DNA of 64,000 bases from a virus (Duplodnaviria; Caudoviricetes), in the IMG/VR virus record IMGVR_UViG_3300029258_003380, positions 33,967 to 97,966 of that record. One strand, given 5' to 3'. Below the pieces are notes generated by a model. The model saw only the letters and a list, made by a program, of their open reading frames with translations, was not told the DNA's origin and ran no database searches. Position 1 is the stretch's first letter, and every line of letters begins with the position of its first letter. The position numbers and the translations under genes were made by a program. Positions 1 to 9,113 of the stretch are shown piece by piece.

Positions 1-2
1 AA

Positions 3-290
3 GGCGATGAGACAGAGGACGATATAGAAGAACCTTTGAGCAGGAAGTACAAACAACTGAAGCACGACTATCAGGCTCTACAAAACCAGGAAATGCTAAA
101 GAGCAAGGATCTCAGAAGATATGGTGCGTTGGATCTATCAGAGTTTGAGACACATTTAATGGAAACTGTTTCACAGTGCATTCCGGATGAAGGTGTCGAG
201 CGACATCTGAAGAGGCAACTGGACTTGGTTCATAAACTACAATCAAAGTACAAAAGAGGTGGGGACGATGAAAGAACAAGAACTACGTGA
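3..290 (+). CDS. Hypothetical protein, probably 5'-truncated
   Basis: Frame of ORF 36..290 is open back to the window edge; overlaps next gene start. Confidence 0.55.
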   Translation, partial: GDETEDDIEEPLSRKYKQLKHDYQALQNQEMLKSKDLRRYGALDLSEFETHLMETVSQCIPDEGVERHLKRQLDLVHKLQSKYKRGGDDERTRTT

Positions 291-594
291 AAGAGCAACG
301 TGCGGAGTCTGTAGGAAAAGAATCGGTCATACAGGGCTGCCCATGTTCTGGACTTTAAAAATCGAGAGGCACGGGTTGAAGGCCGATGCGATGCGACGCC
401 AGGACGGCTTGGCTGCGATACTTGGCAATAGCGTTCTAGCCAGTGTCATGGGTCCGCACGAGGAGATGACAACTCCACTCATGGATAAGCCGGTGACAGT
501 GACGGTGTGCGAATCCTGTGCCGTGGAACGTGTGTGCATCGCTCAGATTGCCGAAGAGCATGGCAAGAATGATGACGAAGATGAGGAAATCTAA
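268..594 (+). CDS. Hypothetical Zn-finger protein
   Basis: GAGGTGG RBS before ATG268; CGVC and CESC motifs. Confidence 0.75.
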   Translation: MKEQELRERATCGVCRKRIGHTGLPMFWTLKIERHGLKADAMRRQDGLAAILGNSVLASVMGPHEEMTTPLMDKPVTVTVCESCAVERVCIAQIAEEHGKNDDEDEEI

Positions 595-1102
595 AAAAGA
601 GCGATTGAACAATGGGATGTTTGTGTTTTCAATAACACTTGCTCTGATTGTATCTACAACGGTGTCAGTGGCTGATATTATTTGCGCCCAGTATGACATG
701 GTTCGAGACGTTGTGTTTGAGATTTTGATCATTGCTGTTTCTGTGATTTATGCAATGGTTCTGCTGTTTTATGTCGTTGCGCGAGCTTCTGAACCTGTGG
801 CCGGCTGGATATTGGAACGCCTTGGTAAACATCGGGGGAATCGTAAACACAAAGAATCCGGACGTGTTGGGATGCCACCATATCATCATAATTGTCGATC
901 ACTGATTTTGCCACTAACCGACGTCGGAACACTTGGTTTTGTGCATTGCGAGGATTGCAGACATTCCGTTAAAACTCACGATGTGAGTGACGTCATTGGC
1001 ATTTGCTGCAATGGTAAAAGCCCCGAATTCAGCAAACAAATACAACTGTTTCAGAAAGGGACCGGTTGTTCAGCAGGAGAAACGCGGGAATGGGAGATAT
1101 GA
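581..1102 (+). CDS. Hypothetical membrane protein with Cys-rich C-terminus
   Basis: Two hydrophobic stretches, then PPYHHNCRS and CEDCRH motifs; start chosen at ATG581 overlapping upstream stop. Confidence 0.7.
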   Translation: MRKSKKERLNNGMFVFSITLALIVSTTVSVADIICAQYDMVRDVVFEILIIAVSVIYAMVLLFYVVARASEPVAGWILERLGKHRGNRKHKESGRVGMPPYHHNCRSLILPLTDVGTLGFVHCEDCRHSVKTHDVSDVIGICCNGKSPEFSKQIQLFQKGTGCSAGETREWEI

Positions 1103-1105
1103 AGC

Positions 1106-1183
1106 ATGAGTAGATTTCCAAGACCGTGGTATCGAGGCGATTGTTGCGGCAAGTACGTCTGGTGCTGCACTTGTTGGCTGTAG
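1106..1183 (+). CDS. Putative 25-aa Cys/Trp-rich micropeptide
   Basis: MSRFPRPWYRGDCCGKYVWCCTCWL; GGGAG upstream; fills the gap between two genes. Confidence 0.4.
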   Translation: MSRFPRPWYRGDCCGKYVWCCTCWL

Positions 1184-1193
1184 GAGGGGAGTT

Positions 1194-1565
1194 ATGAGCA
1201 ATGCGATCAATGAATCCGGAGCGATGTCGATGTTGCGTGAGATGGCCAGGATTCTCGCCAAAAAGATAGACACGGATGGGCTACTGATGGCTGAAGACTA
1301 TGCTACGCGAGCAGTAGCTGTTATCCGGAGATTGGAGAAAGAGCGCGTTGACCTGACCGACAAGATCCTCAAGCAAGAGGCCATAATCGAAGAGATGGGC
1401 GGTGCTGTTACGACTGCCATGTTGCGCCAGGGGATACTGGCTACGCACGAGGATTGTCCGAAGTGCGGTACGCGTGGGTTCGAAAATGGTGTGGCCTGTG
1501 AGGAATGTGGAGGAGTTGGACGAAGGAAGCTCGATAAACAAGTTCGGCAGCGGAGTGAGCCATAA
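1194..1565 (+). CDS. Coiled-coil protein with DnaJ-type CxxCxxxG Zn finger
   Basis: GGAGGGG RBS; CPKCGTRG...CEECGGVG. Confidence 0.75.
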   Translation: MSNAINESGAMSMLREMARILAKKIDTDGLLMAEDYATRAVAVIRRLEKERVDLTDKILKQEAIIEEMGGAVTTAMLRQGILATHEDCPKCGTRGFENGVACEECGGVGRRKLDKQVRQRSEP

Positions 1566-1585
1566 AAGACGGATGGAGGTTCGTA

Positions 1586-2191
1586 ATGATCAAACAAACA
1601 ACGACAGTACAAGAGGTAGTGGAACTACTTAACGATCTAACAAAGCGCGACAGGGAAGGAATGGAGACGCTGGTAAACACTAGAGTCTCTGTAGAAGCGC
1701 CCATTGCCGACCATTCCACAGTCCAGGTCATGGTTCACAAAGCGGACGACGGGCGCACGTTGTATCTTATCGGCGCGTTGGGATTGCTCAACGGGCTCTT
1801 CGGGGTAGACGAGTCGACAGGGATGGGCGCTATTGCCGCTGTATTCGGAGTCCAGTGTCCAAAATGCGGATCCGATGACAACGATGGACGTGTCGTTGGT
1901 GATAACTGTAGCGACTGCGGCGAAGCATTGGTATTGGGCAAGCTTCAGGGGTTCGCGCTTACGAATGTGGCGCCTTTGGTGTTCGACGATGACGATATCG
2001 AAGATATTTGGGCTATGGAGGACGACAACGGTGGGGACGACCTATACCTATTGACATGTCGTGACCGTGGTTTAATCGGCGGTGATACGATCAGTATTGT
2101 GAGCATTGGTGACTACGATGGCAATTATACAGTCGTGAATGTCTCTCCGGCGACTGATGGGTTCGTTCGGATCACACTGAGGCTGTTGTAG
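1586..2191 (+). CDS. Hypothetical Zn-ribbon protein
   Basis: GGAGGT RBS; CPKCG...CSDCG. Confidence 0.75.
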   Translation: MIKQTTTVQEVVELLNDLTKRDREGMETLVNTRVSVEAPIADHSTVQVMVHKADDGRTLYLIGALGLLNGLFGVDESTGMGAIAAVFGVQCPKCGSDDNDGRVVGDNCSDCGEALVLGKLQGFALTNVAPLVFDDDDIEDIWAMEDDNGGDDLYLLTCRDRGLIGGDTISIVSIGDYDGNYTVVNVSPATDGFVRITLRLL

Positions 2192-2208
2192 TATAAAAAT
2201 GGAGAGGG

Positions 2209-2622
2209 GTGGTGAAGATGTCGACCAAATTAACAAAGCGACAAAAACAAGTTCGTACAGCAATCGTACTCGGGCTAGGAAAGTGGAATGATTTAAAAAG
2301 CAGTAAATTAGATTTGTCGAATGGTACTATCTGGTGTGGTCTTTGCGACATATTTATGTTCGGAACTAGAATGTGCACCAATTGTCCTTTGGATCTCGCG
2401 GGCAAACACTGTTTGGCGGAGAATGGTTATTACGACAAATTCGCAACGAATGAAGATGATGGGTGGGGATTGTATTACGATCACGAAAACGATAGCGATA
2501 AGCGTCTTGAAAATCTCGACGGCGAGTTGAAAGTCGAAACCGCTGCCCTAATCGACGGCATGATTTCGGATCTGGAATTGGCGTTGAAGTGGTTCGATGA
2601 TGGGGGCTATCGTGAATACTGA
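2209..2622 (+). CDS. Hypothetical Cys-rich protein
   Basis: CGLC...CTNCPL...C motif; purine-rich RBS (start may be ATG2218). Confidence 0.7.
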   Translation: MVKMSTKLTKRQKQVRTAIVLGLGKWNDLKSSKLDLSNGTIWCGLCDIFMFGTRMCTNCPLDLAGKHCLAENGYYDKFATNEDDGWGLYYDHENDSDKRLENLDGELKVETAALIDGMISDLELALKWFDDGGYREY

Positions 2623-2782
2623 GAACAAAGAAGAGGCTCACAAGCATGATGACTGCTGTTGGGGGTTTGAACGGAAGTCCGGGGAGGGTGGATACGATCG
2701 TTGTGCTATTTGCATTCATGCCGACATCCAATGGGAGGGCATCTATTGCTTACGAGGCGCAGTGAAAAAGGGTGATAAATGA
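2612..2782 (+). CDS. Small Cys-rich hypothetical protein
   Basis: GTG start overlapping upstream gene; CAICIH; stop overlaps next ATG. Confidence 0.55.
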   Translation: MNTENKEEAHKHDDCCWGFERKSGEGGYDRCAICIHADIQWEGIYCLRGAVKKGDK

Positions 2783-3159
2783 GATTTATCAAAGGGCAAT
2801 TCGACACGATCAACACTACTGAGCAAATATTCGAGAAACTGATGGCGCAGATAAAGCCCCCTAAGCTAGTAGGCAACGTCATGGGAATGGATTTATACGA
2901 ATCTGAGCACATGCGGGAAGGCGTTGTTGCAATTATTAATAAGTCCGGGGGTGTTGTGGGCGTTATTGACGCAAGGGGGGAAGATAAAAACGAAGAAGAT
3001 GGTGTAGTTCCGATGAAACCTCATCCGAGCGAGTGTCCCAGTTGTAGTTGTGAGGTGGTGTATTACGGGCGATTCGGTAACGAGTATTACTGCGATGATT
3101 GCGGTTGGAGCATGGATGCGACTACCGGCGAGATAACCTATGAAGGCGAACCCGACTGA
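2779..3159 (+). CDS. Hypothetical protein with C-terminal Zn ribbon
   Basis: CPSC...CDDCG; ATGA overlap. Confidence 0.7.
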   Translation: MRFIKGQFDTINTTEQIFEKLMAQIKPPKLVGNVMGMDLYESEHMREGVVAIINKSGGVVGVIDARGEDKNEEDGVVPMKPHPSECPSCSCEVVYYGRFGNEYYCDDCGWSMDATTGEITYEGEPD

Positions 3160-3176
3160 GTTAAGGATCAATAAAG

Positions 3177-3560
3177 ATGGCAACTAGAAAAGAAGCATTG
3201 ATGAATTTGATAAGCGAAATAGATGATGACGCAAATACAATCCTGATAGAGCACAGTCAAACCGAATGCAAATGGAAGATGGCTTATTCATACGACTATA
3301 AAGTTGCTAAGGAATTGTCTGGTGGTAGTGCTATTCATGGATGGAGATTTCACCATTCCTACGACCCGCCAAGGAAACCTGTACCAAGAGGCGGGTGGGC
3401 ATTAGCATGGGATGATGACGAGTCAAAAGCTGATGCCTTAATATCAACTGGAAAGGTTGAATCTGGGCAGTTGCGCTGTTGTTTAGACCCACCAGGTGGA
3501 CCGGTGGAATCAACAAAATTGTACTCAAACTGGAAACATTTGGTGGTGAAGGATGACTAA
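3177..3560 (+). CDS. Hypothetical protein
   Basis: AAGGA RBS; tightly packed with neighbours. Confidence 0.65.
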   Translation: MATRKEALMNLISEIDDDANTILIEHSQTECKWKMAYSYDYKVAKELSGGSAIHGWRFHHSYDPPRKPVPRGGWALAWDDDESKADALISTGKVESGQLRCCLDPPGGPVESTKLYSNWKHLVVKDD

Positions 3561-3972
3561 GAAAAAGTATGCAGTCACTGTACATATAAATCAGGCCGAT
3601 GGATACCAGGTTTACGGCATCGAAGCAGAGAGTGAGGAGGAAGCCAGAAATAATTGGTACAACGGAGACATCATATTTGAAGAGTACGAAACTGGATGGG
3701 ACAAAGGCTATGGATCAGAGCCAGAACCGGAGGTTGAGGAGGTTTCTGAATTTGATTATGGATGCGACCAGAGAGCCACGCATGATCTGAAAACAGCCAA
3801 TGAGAAGATAAAGATTCTCGAAAAACGAATTGATGATCTAATAAAAGAATCCGGCATTGTAGAAATGAGAGCCCAGTCACTGATGGTGGCCAATTTATAC
3901 AATATACCGGAGCGGTTGGGAGCCTTGGAACAAGCAATTGTGCATCAGAGGCGAGTCCTAAGGGGGGATTAA
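3553..3972 (+). CDS. Hypothetical protein with coiled-coil C-terminus
   Basis: Overlaps upstream gene and abuts downstream gene. Confidence 0.7.
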   Translation: MTKKKYAVTVHINQADGYQVYGIEAESEEEARNNWYNGDIIFEEYETGWDKGYGSEPEPEVEEVSEFDYGCDQRATHDLKTANEKIKILEKRIDDLIKESGIVEMRAQSLMVANLYNIPERLGALEQAIVHQRRVLRGD

Positions 3973-4509
3973 ATGTCAAAAGAATATTTCAACGAAACAG
4001 AAGATCATTACGCTATAGACATTGAGGTCGAGTGCTCTAATTGCAAGGGCACCGGCCTTTATGTTGGGATGAGCGAGCGTGACGGTGCGGCGGTAGTCTG
4101 CCATACCTGTGCTGGTTCTGGTAAAGTCACGTTTAAACGCGAGTTCCCAAAGTTCGTAGGGCGTAAGCGTCGGGACAATGTGAAGCGTGTCTACAAGTCA
4201 GGAGCAGGTTACACGATTTCCGCCAGCGATGTTACAACGAAAGATGGTAAGCTCATACGTTTTTCACAAGCTGGATCCGACTACGACAAGTGGTTGTGGG
4301 GGGCCGTTCCAAAGCCCATTGAAGATCTCCACTGTCCTTATATGCATACAAATCAGAATATGCAGTTGTCCGACCATGAGGCGCACGCCGTCTACGAGGA
4401 GTATTGTATGGCGCAAGGCTTATGGGGTTGCCTTGTTTCTGATTGTAAGCGTTTTGAGAATAAAGCCGAGTGTTGGCGTCGTTACCACGAGTTGTTGGAG
4501 GCTAAGTAA
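3973..4509 (+). CDS. DnaJ-type Zn-finger hypothetical protein
   Basis: CSNCKGTG...CHTCAGSG. Confidence 0.75.
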   Translation: MSKEYFNETEDHYAIDIEVECSNCKGTGLYVGMSERDGAAVVCHTCAGSGKVTFKREFPKFVGRKRRDNVKRVYKSGAGYTISASDVTTKDGKLIRFSQAGSDYDKWLWGAVPKPIEDLHCPYMHTNQNMQLSDHEAHAVYEEYCMAQGLWGCLVSDCKRFENKAECWRRYHELLEAK

Positions 4510-4691
4510 TGCCACGAAAACCAACTAGACTCTCGCTGATCAAGAAGGCGCTCAAGAAGTTGCAACAACACATGTACGCATGCAGGCTGACAAGTGGTAC
4601 GCGTGCATGTAAGAAATGTTCAGCTGCAGATGTCTGCTCGCAGTACTCGGTAGAGACAACACTCAAAGAAGCGATCAAATTGGATGATTGA
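4509..4691 (+). CDS. Small basic Cys-rich protein
   Basis: TAATG coupling; C...CKKC...C. Confidence 0.55.
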   Translation: MPRKPTRLSLIKKALKKLQQHMYACRLTSGTRACKKCSAADVCSQYSVETTLKEAIKLDD

Positions 4692-4974
4692 AATCAAGAA
4701 TGCAGAAAGAGAAGAGTTGGCAAAGTGTTTTTGCGGCTGCAACGATAAGCGTTTGAGGGTTCGTTGTATAGTCTTTAGGAAAAGGCATTCAATGATGTTT
4801 GCGTCAAGAGTTGCCCATTACCAGGTGCGCTGTTCTGCTTGCGGTAGAGAGGATCCGTGGTGTGAAGATATCGATGAAGCGATATGTACTTGGAATGAGA
4901 TACACAAAAAGAAACTATTGCGATGCAAGGCTTTTGTGGTAAGAATAATAAAAAGAGTTTTCAGATTGATCTAA
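4684..4974 (+). CDS. Lar/restriction-alleviation-like Zn-ribbon protein (tentative)
   Basis: CFCG...VRCSACG...EAICTWN pattern resembles the Lar-like family. Confidence 0.55.
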   Translation: MIEIKNAEREELAKCFCGCNDKRLRVRCIVFRKRHSMMFASRVAHYQVRCSACGREDPWCEDIDEAICTWNEIHKKKLLRCKAFVVRIIKRVFRLI

Positions 4975-4992
4975 AGGGAGGGGGCCATCAGC

Positions 4993-5283
4993 ATGGGAGC
5001 GTTAATTGATCCAAACAAAGACAACAAGAATGACCAGAGAACAGCCTATGTATTCGATAAGACAAAGGAACATTATGTGAAGGTCGATTTCATGGATATA
5101 AAGAGAGGCGATATTTTTGTTTTAATCGAGCCTGATGGTACGCCTGTGGCAAACTTAGTCAGAGGGAGCGTGGCATCAATAGCAGTGGATAATGTCTTTG
5201 TACAAGACGGAGTAGAAGGTGTTCGGGCTATACCGTACAGAGAACCAAGCGAGATTGACGTTGCTAAGGAAGCGAAGATTTAG
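4993..5283 (+). CDS. Hypothetical protein
   Basis: GGGAGGGG RBS; 96 aa. Confidence 0.7.
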   Translation: MGALIDPNKDNKNDQRTAYVFDKTKEHYVKVDFMDIKRGDIFVLIEPDGTPVANLVRGSVASIAVDNVFVQDGVEGVRAIPYREPSEIDVAKEAKI

Positions 5284-5315
5284 GCGAATAAAGATCAGAA
5301 AGTAGGTATAAAATA

Positions 5316-5522
5316 TTGGGAGAACGCACCGATAATTGGAATGAACGAAAAGTGAAGTCCGAGTCTTGGATTTGTCCAGACTGTGGATCGGCGCTCAAAG
5401 AGATCCCTGCAAAGGATATGCATCCTGTGTACAGTGATGACGCAAAGGCACGAGGCTGTACTAATCAGGAATGCAACTTCAAGTGTTTCATTTCGCAGGA
5501 GGTAACAGATGCCCAAACTTAA
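5316..5522 (+). CDS. Small Zn-ribbon protein
   Basis: WICPDCG...CTNQEC; start uncertain. Confidence 0.55.
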   Translation: MGERTDNWNERKVKSESWICPDCGSALKEIPAKDMHPVYSDDAKARGCTNQECNFKCFISQEVTDAQT

Positions 5523-6108
5523 CGACGCACGCTGGGTTAAACTCAGTGTGGACAAACTAGTTGCAGCTGACTGGAATTACAAGGTCGAGGATCCGGACCA
5601 AGAGGAAAAGCTGATTGCGAACATCAAGCGCAACGGCCAGGTGGAAAACATCCTGGTAAGAGAACTTGAGTCAGGTTTCTACGAGGTGATCAACGGGAAT
5701 CACCGGTTGGATGCGTTTAAGAAGCTCGGTATTCCCACTGCAATTTGCTACAACTTTGGCGAGACATCGGATGCGCAGGCACGGCGGATTGCAGTAGAAA
5801 CCAACGAGCCAAAGTTCCGCCGCGATGACGCCAAGTTGGCCGTCCTTATCAAGGAGATGATGGATGGTCCTGGCAGTGAATTTACGCTGGAAGATCTGAG
5901 TACCACGATGCCCTTTGACCGAACTGCTCTGGAAGGGCTCGTGACTATTCCTGGCTTCGACTTGGACAAGTTCAAAAAATCTAACGATAAAGAATTGGCG
6001 AACCTTGCCAAGAAAAAAGAGAAGAAAACCCCTGGCGTATCCATCACCGTGCATGCCACATGTCCTGACTGCGGACGTAAATTCAAGGTGAGCGGCAAGA
6101 AGAAGTAG
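5509..6108 (+). CDS. ParB/Srx N-terminal domain protein with C-terminal Zn knuckle
   Basis: IANIKRNGQVENILVRE...YEVINGNHRL ParB motif; TCPDCGRKF; directly upstream of terminase. Confidence 0.85.
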   Translation: MPKLNDARWVKLSVDKLVAADWNYKVEDPDQEEKLIANIKRNGQVENILVRELESGFYEVINGNHRLDAFKKLGIPTAICYNFGETSDAQARRIAVETNEPKFRRDDAKLAVLIKEMMDGPGSEFTLEDLSTTMPFDRTALEGLVTIPGFDLDKFKKSNDKELANLAKKKEKKTPGVSITVHATCPDCGRKFKVSGKKK

Positions 6109-7685
6109 TGACCGAGGCGATACACAAAGACTTTCGGCCGCCCCTAGGCCACCTTCCACGTGTGATCCAGGACGAGATGGTTCGGCCGCCATCGAGGGAG
6201 CGCCTTGTAAAACGTATCGCAGCGATGAAGGCGCACCACATCAACATGGCGCGAAAGTCTTCGTCAGCGTTCATGGAGTATGCCTTCTTGGACGAGGACA
6301 CAGGCTTGCCCTATGAGCAGCAGTGGTTTCATGACGAGTGGCATCTGGCTTGGGACCGTTATCAACGTGTGATGGTGATTGCTCCACGAGACCATGCCAA
6401 GACCAGTAATGTCGTGGGACGGGTAATCTGGGAGTTGGGCAGCAATCCGAATCTGCGTACGAAGGTAGTATGTGCCAGCGATGGGAAGGCTAAGGAGCGA
6501 CTTTATGAGATAGATCAGCACATCACTACCAATCCCAGGGTACGAGAAGTCTTCCCTGAACTGATGCCAAACCCCAATGCCCAATGGAACGCGCACCACC
6601 TGGTTCTGAAGCGTACGGCAAGACACAGAGACGCCTCTGTTGAGGCTCTTGGTATTACGTCGTCAGCGACAGGCGGACGCGCCGACCTGCTGCTTGCTGA
6701 CGATGTGGTAGACCGTCGTAACGCGCTCACAATGCCTGCACTGCGCGCACAGATTAAACAAGCATGGAAGTCGGACTGGGTAAATCTGCTAGAACCGACT
6801 GGCCGTCTCTTTTATATCTGTACATTGTGGCATCCGGGAGATCTGTCACATGAGATATTGGAAGGAAACACCTTCCATGTGCTCCGATACGACATAGACG
6901 ATAATTTTGGCGCGATGTGGCCGTCCAAGTGGAGCGAAGCTGCGCTTAGAATGCGGTATAACGAGATCCTGAGCATCGAGTTCAACCGAGCATTTCGTAA
7001 CCAGGCTATCGATCTGGATTCTGCCATGGTGCAGCCCTCGTGGTTTCAGTTCTGTGATTTGCGTACAGATGAACGGTTTGCTGAACTAGTGGAGCAGGAT
7101 AGCCTTGTATTTTTCACATCTTACGACCCGGCCGGAACACCGACTGGCAAGAAAGATCAGGACTATACAGCGGCTTGCATTGGAGCAGTAGACAAAGATC
7201 GGGGAGTTCTGTACATCGTCGACGCCTGGCGTCAGCGAATGTCCATAAAATCACTGGTAGATACAATCTTTGTCGAGGCAACGACATACGACCCGTGGCT
7301 TGTCCTGATCGAGAAGGTTGGTCAAGCCACAGTGGACGACTGGGTGATTAACGAATACCCACAGATGGAAGGACACATCAAGGTAACGAAGCCTCGGATT
7401 AGCAAGCAGATGCGTCTCCTAGGAACTACACCACTCCTGGAAAAAGGGAAGGTTGTGTTCTCGGCGCACTTGGATCCGAATAGTAAATTATTTGATGGTG
7501 CCAGGGGCTCTCTTGTAGACGAAATGATCGAGTTTCCATTTTCCAAGCATGACGACATGGTGGACTCGTTTTCACAGCTTGTTGCTGTCGCACGAACACA
7601 CTTCCTTGACGTGGACGCCGACGGCGGCGAAGATGTAATGGAGATCCGCATTGGCGACGAAGAGGAAGATGACTACGTATTCTAA
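6108..7685 (+). CDS. terL: Terminase large subunit
   Basis: Walker A APRDHAKT, Walker B LLLADD, RNase H-like nuclease motifs YDPA and HDDMVD. Confidence 0.93.
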   Translation: MTEAIHKDFRPPLGHLPRVIQDEMVRPPSRERLVKRIAAMKAHHINMARKSSSAFMEYAFLDEDTGLPYEQQWFHDEWHLAWDRYQRVMVIAPRDHAKTSNVVGRVIWELGSNPNLRTKVVCASDGKAKERLYEIDQHITTNPRVREVFPELMPNPNAQWNAHHLVLKRTARHRDASVEALGITSSATGGRADLLLADDVVDRRNALTMPALRAQIKQAWKSDWVNLLEPTGRLFYICTLWHPGDLSHEILEGNTFHVLRYDIDDNFGAMWPSKWSEAALRMRYNEILSIEFNRAFRNQAIDLDSAMVQPSWFQFCDLRTDERFAELVEQDSLVFFTSYDPAGTPTGKKDQDYTAACIGAVDKDRGVLYIVDAWRQRMSIKSLVDTIFVEATTYDPWLVLIEKVGQATVDDWVINEYPQMEGHIKVTKPRISKQMRLLGTTPLLEKGKVVFSAHLDPNSKLFDGARGSLVDEMIEFPFSKHDDMVDSFSQLVAVARTHFLDVDADGGEDVMEIRIGDEEEDDYVF

Positions 7686-8262
7686 GTCGGGTACACTTGT
7701 GGATGTAGAGACCGGAGGGCAATTCTGCCGGCATGATCATGGAGGTGCCATTGTGACAACCGAAATCGCGCAACATCCGTTTCTCATCTTAGATGGCAAA
7801 GCGTTTGTGACGTTGACAGATACCACCATTGTCACCATAAGAGACAGCAAATGGAACAGCATACTTGGGACGTGGATGCGCCTACCCGGTGGGTGTGAAG
7901 TCGACGTGGATAGTGACGAGATAAAGAGCGCCATGAAAGAAATCGAATCATGTGGCCAGCAATGGGACGAAGCTGCGGTTATTCGTCCCGACCTCTTTAC
8001 CATTTGTGAAGGCGGGATGGAACTCCTGGTCCCTTGCGTGGTTCGAGACGGAGATCTTCCGCCCGTGCATGTCATGGTACCAGTCAGTGACATCCAGGAG
8101 TCATTTCAACAGATAGAGATAGGAACCGGGGCTCACGTGGACGTGCAATCGAAATGCAAACACACAGGCGCGCAGATCGGTACCACGAATTGCCGTTGTT
8201 GCGCTCGTAGATGGTGGCAGGCTGCCGTCCAGAAGCTGGAGGAACACGATGGCGAAAAGTGA
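7669..8262 (+). CDS. Hypothetical protein
   Basis: GAGG RBS before ATG7669; C-terminal CKH...CRCC. Confidence 0.7.
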   Translation: MTTYSKSGTLVDVETGGQFCRHDHGGAIVTTEIAQHPFLILDGKAFVTLTDTTIVTIRDSKWNSILGTWMRLPGGCEVDVDSDEIKSAMKEIESCGQQWDEAAVIRPDLFTICEGGMELLVPCVVRDGDLPPVHVMVPVSDIQESFQQIEIGTGAHVDVQSKCKHTGAQIGTTNCRCCARRWWQAAVQKLEEHDGEK

Positions 8263-8785
8263 GCAAGCACCGCCGCGTGTGAGACTATCGAAAAGCATCG
8301 ATCTTGGTAAGGCCAAGGATGGTTGCAAGCGATGTAACGGCCGGGGGATAACGGGATACAAGGAAGCAGACCTTGGCGATGGCGAGGGAACACAGAATAT
8401 CCCAATCATCTGTAGGTGTGTGAGCCGTGGTGGCGGGGTGGCACCAGACGAACTTGACAGGATACTGGCAGAAGCAAAGAAGAATATCGACGATGGTGTG
8501 TTTCATGAGCACGTAGTTGCTGACTTCCACGCTACATCGGACGAGCAGAAGCCAAGGATTGTCGCTGCGTTCCTCCGGGACGTGGTCGATGATCGCAAGG
8601 ACAGTGTTTCAAAGGAAGCAATTGGAAAGGTGTTGGAGTTGATACGCCGGCGCAAAGACTGGAACGATCTGCGAGTGGAGGCGACAAGGATACTGATGCG
8701 CCAGGCAGCAGATCCACTTGCGGAGCAAGATACGCGGGACTTGGCCCACAAGGCTATGGCACAGTCCAGAGAAAATATGAACTAA
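8249..8785 (+). CDS. Hypothetical Zn-binding protein
   Basis: GGAGG RBS; CKRCNGRG...CRC. Confidence 0.75.
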   Translation: MAKSEQAPPRVRLSKSIDLGKAKDGCKRCNGRGITGYKEADLGDGEGTQNIPIICRCVSRGGGVAPDELDRILAEAKKNIDDGVFHEHVVADFHATSDEQKPRIVAAFLRDVVDDRKDSVSKEAIGKVLELIRRRKDWNDLRVEATRILMRQAADPLAEQDTRDLAHKAMAQSRENMN

Positions 8786-8795
8786 GGAGGACACG

Positions 8796-9113
8796 ATGGC
8801 ATTTCCAGAAATCAGACTTTATGAATTTGATGAGAACCCGGCCGGCACTTTGCCACTTGGCGATGGTCACGTACACGACGTGAGGCAGATGTCGGACAAG
8901 GGTTATGAGTTCAAGACGGCCCTTGGTTGCGCTGCGGTCTTTACTCTCGAGGGATCCGTAGCCGGCAGCGTATGGACGACGATACAGGCCGGGATAGGTG
9001 CGGCTGATGCTCAGGGTTCTATTGGAGACGAATACAACTACGTGCGAGTCAATGGGACGACTGCGGGTGTGTTGTTAGGCGCTGAACTGAAGATAGCAGG
9101 GAAGGTACTGTAA
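8796..9113 (+). CDS. Small beta-sandwich protein, probably virion-associated
   Basis: AAGGAGG RBS; FTLEGS...WTTI...YNYVRV pattern; coupled to portal. Confidence 0.7.
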   Translation: MAFPEIRLYEFDENPAGTLPLGDGHVHDVRQMSDKGYEFKTALGCAAVFTLEGSVAGSVWTTIQAGIGAADAQGSIGDEYNYVRVNGTTAGVLLGAELKIAGKVL

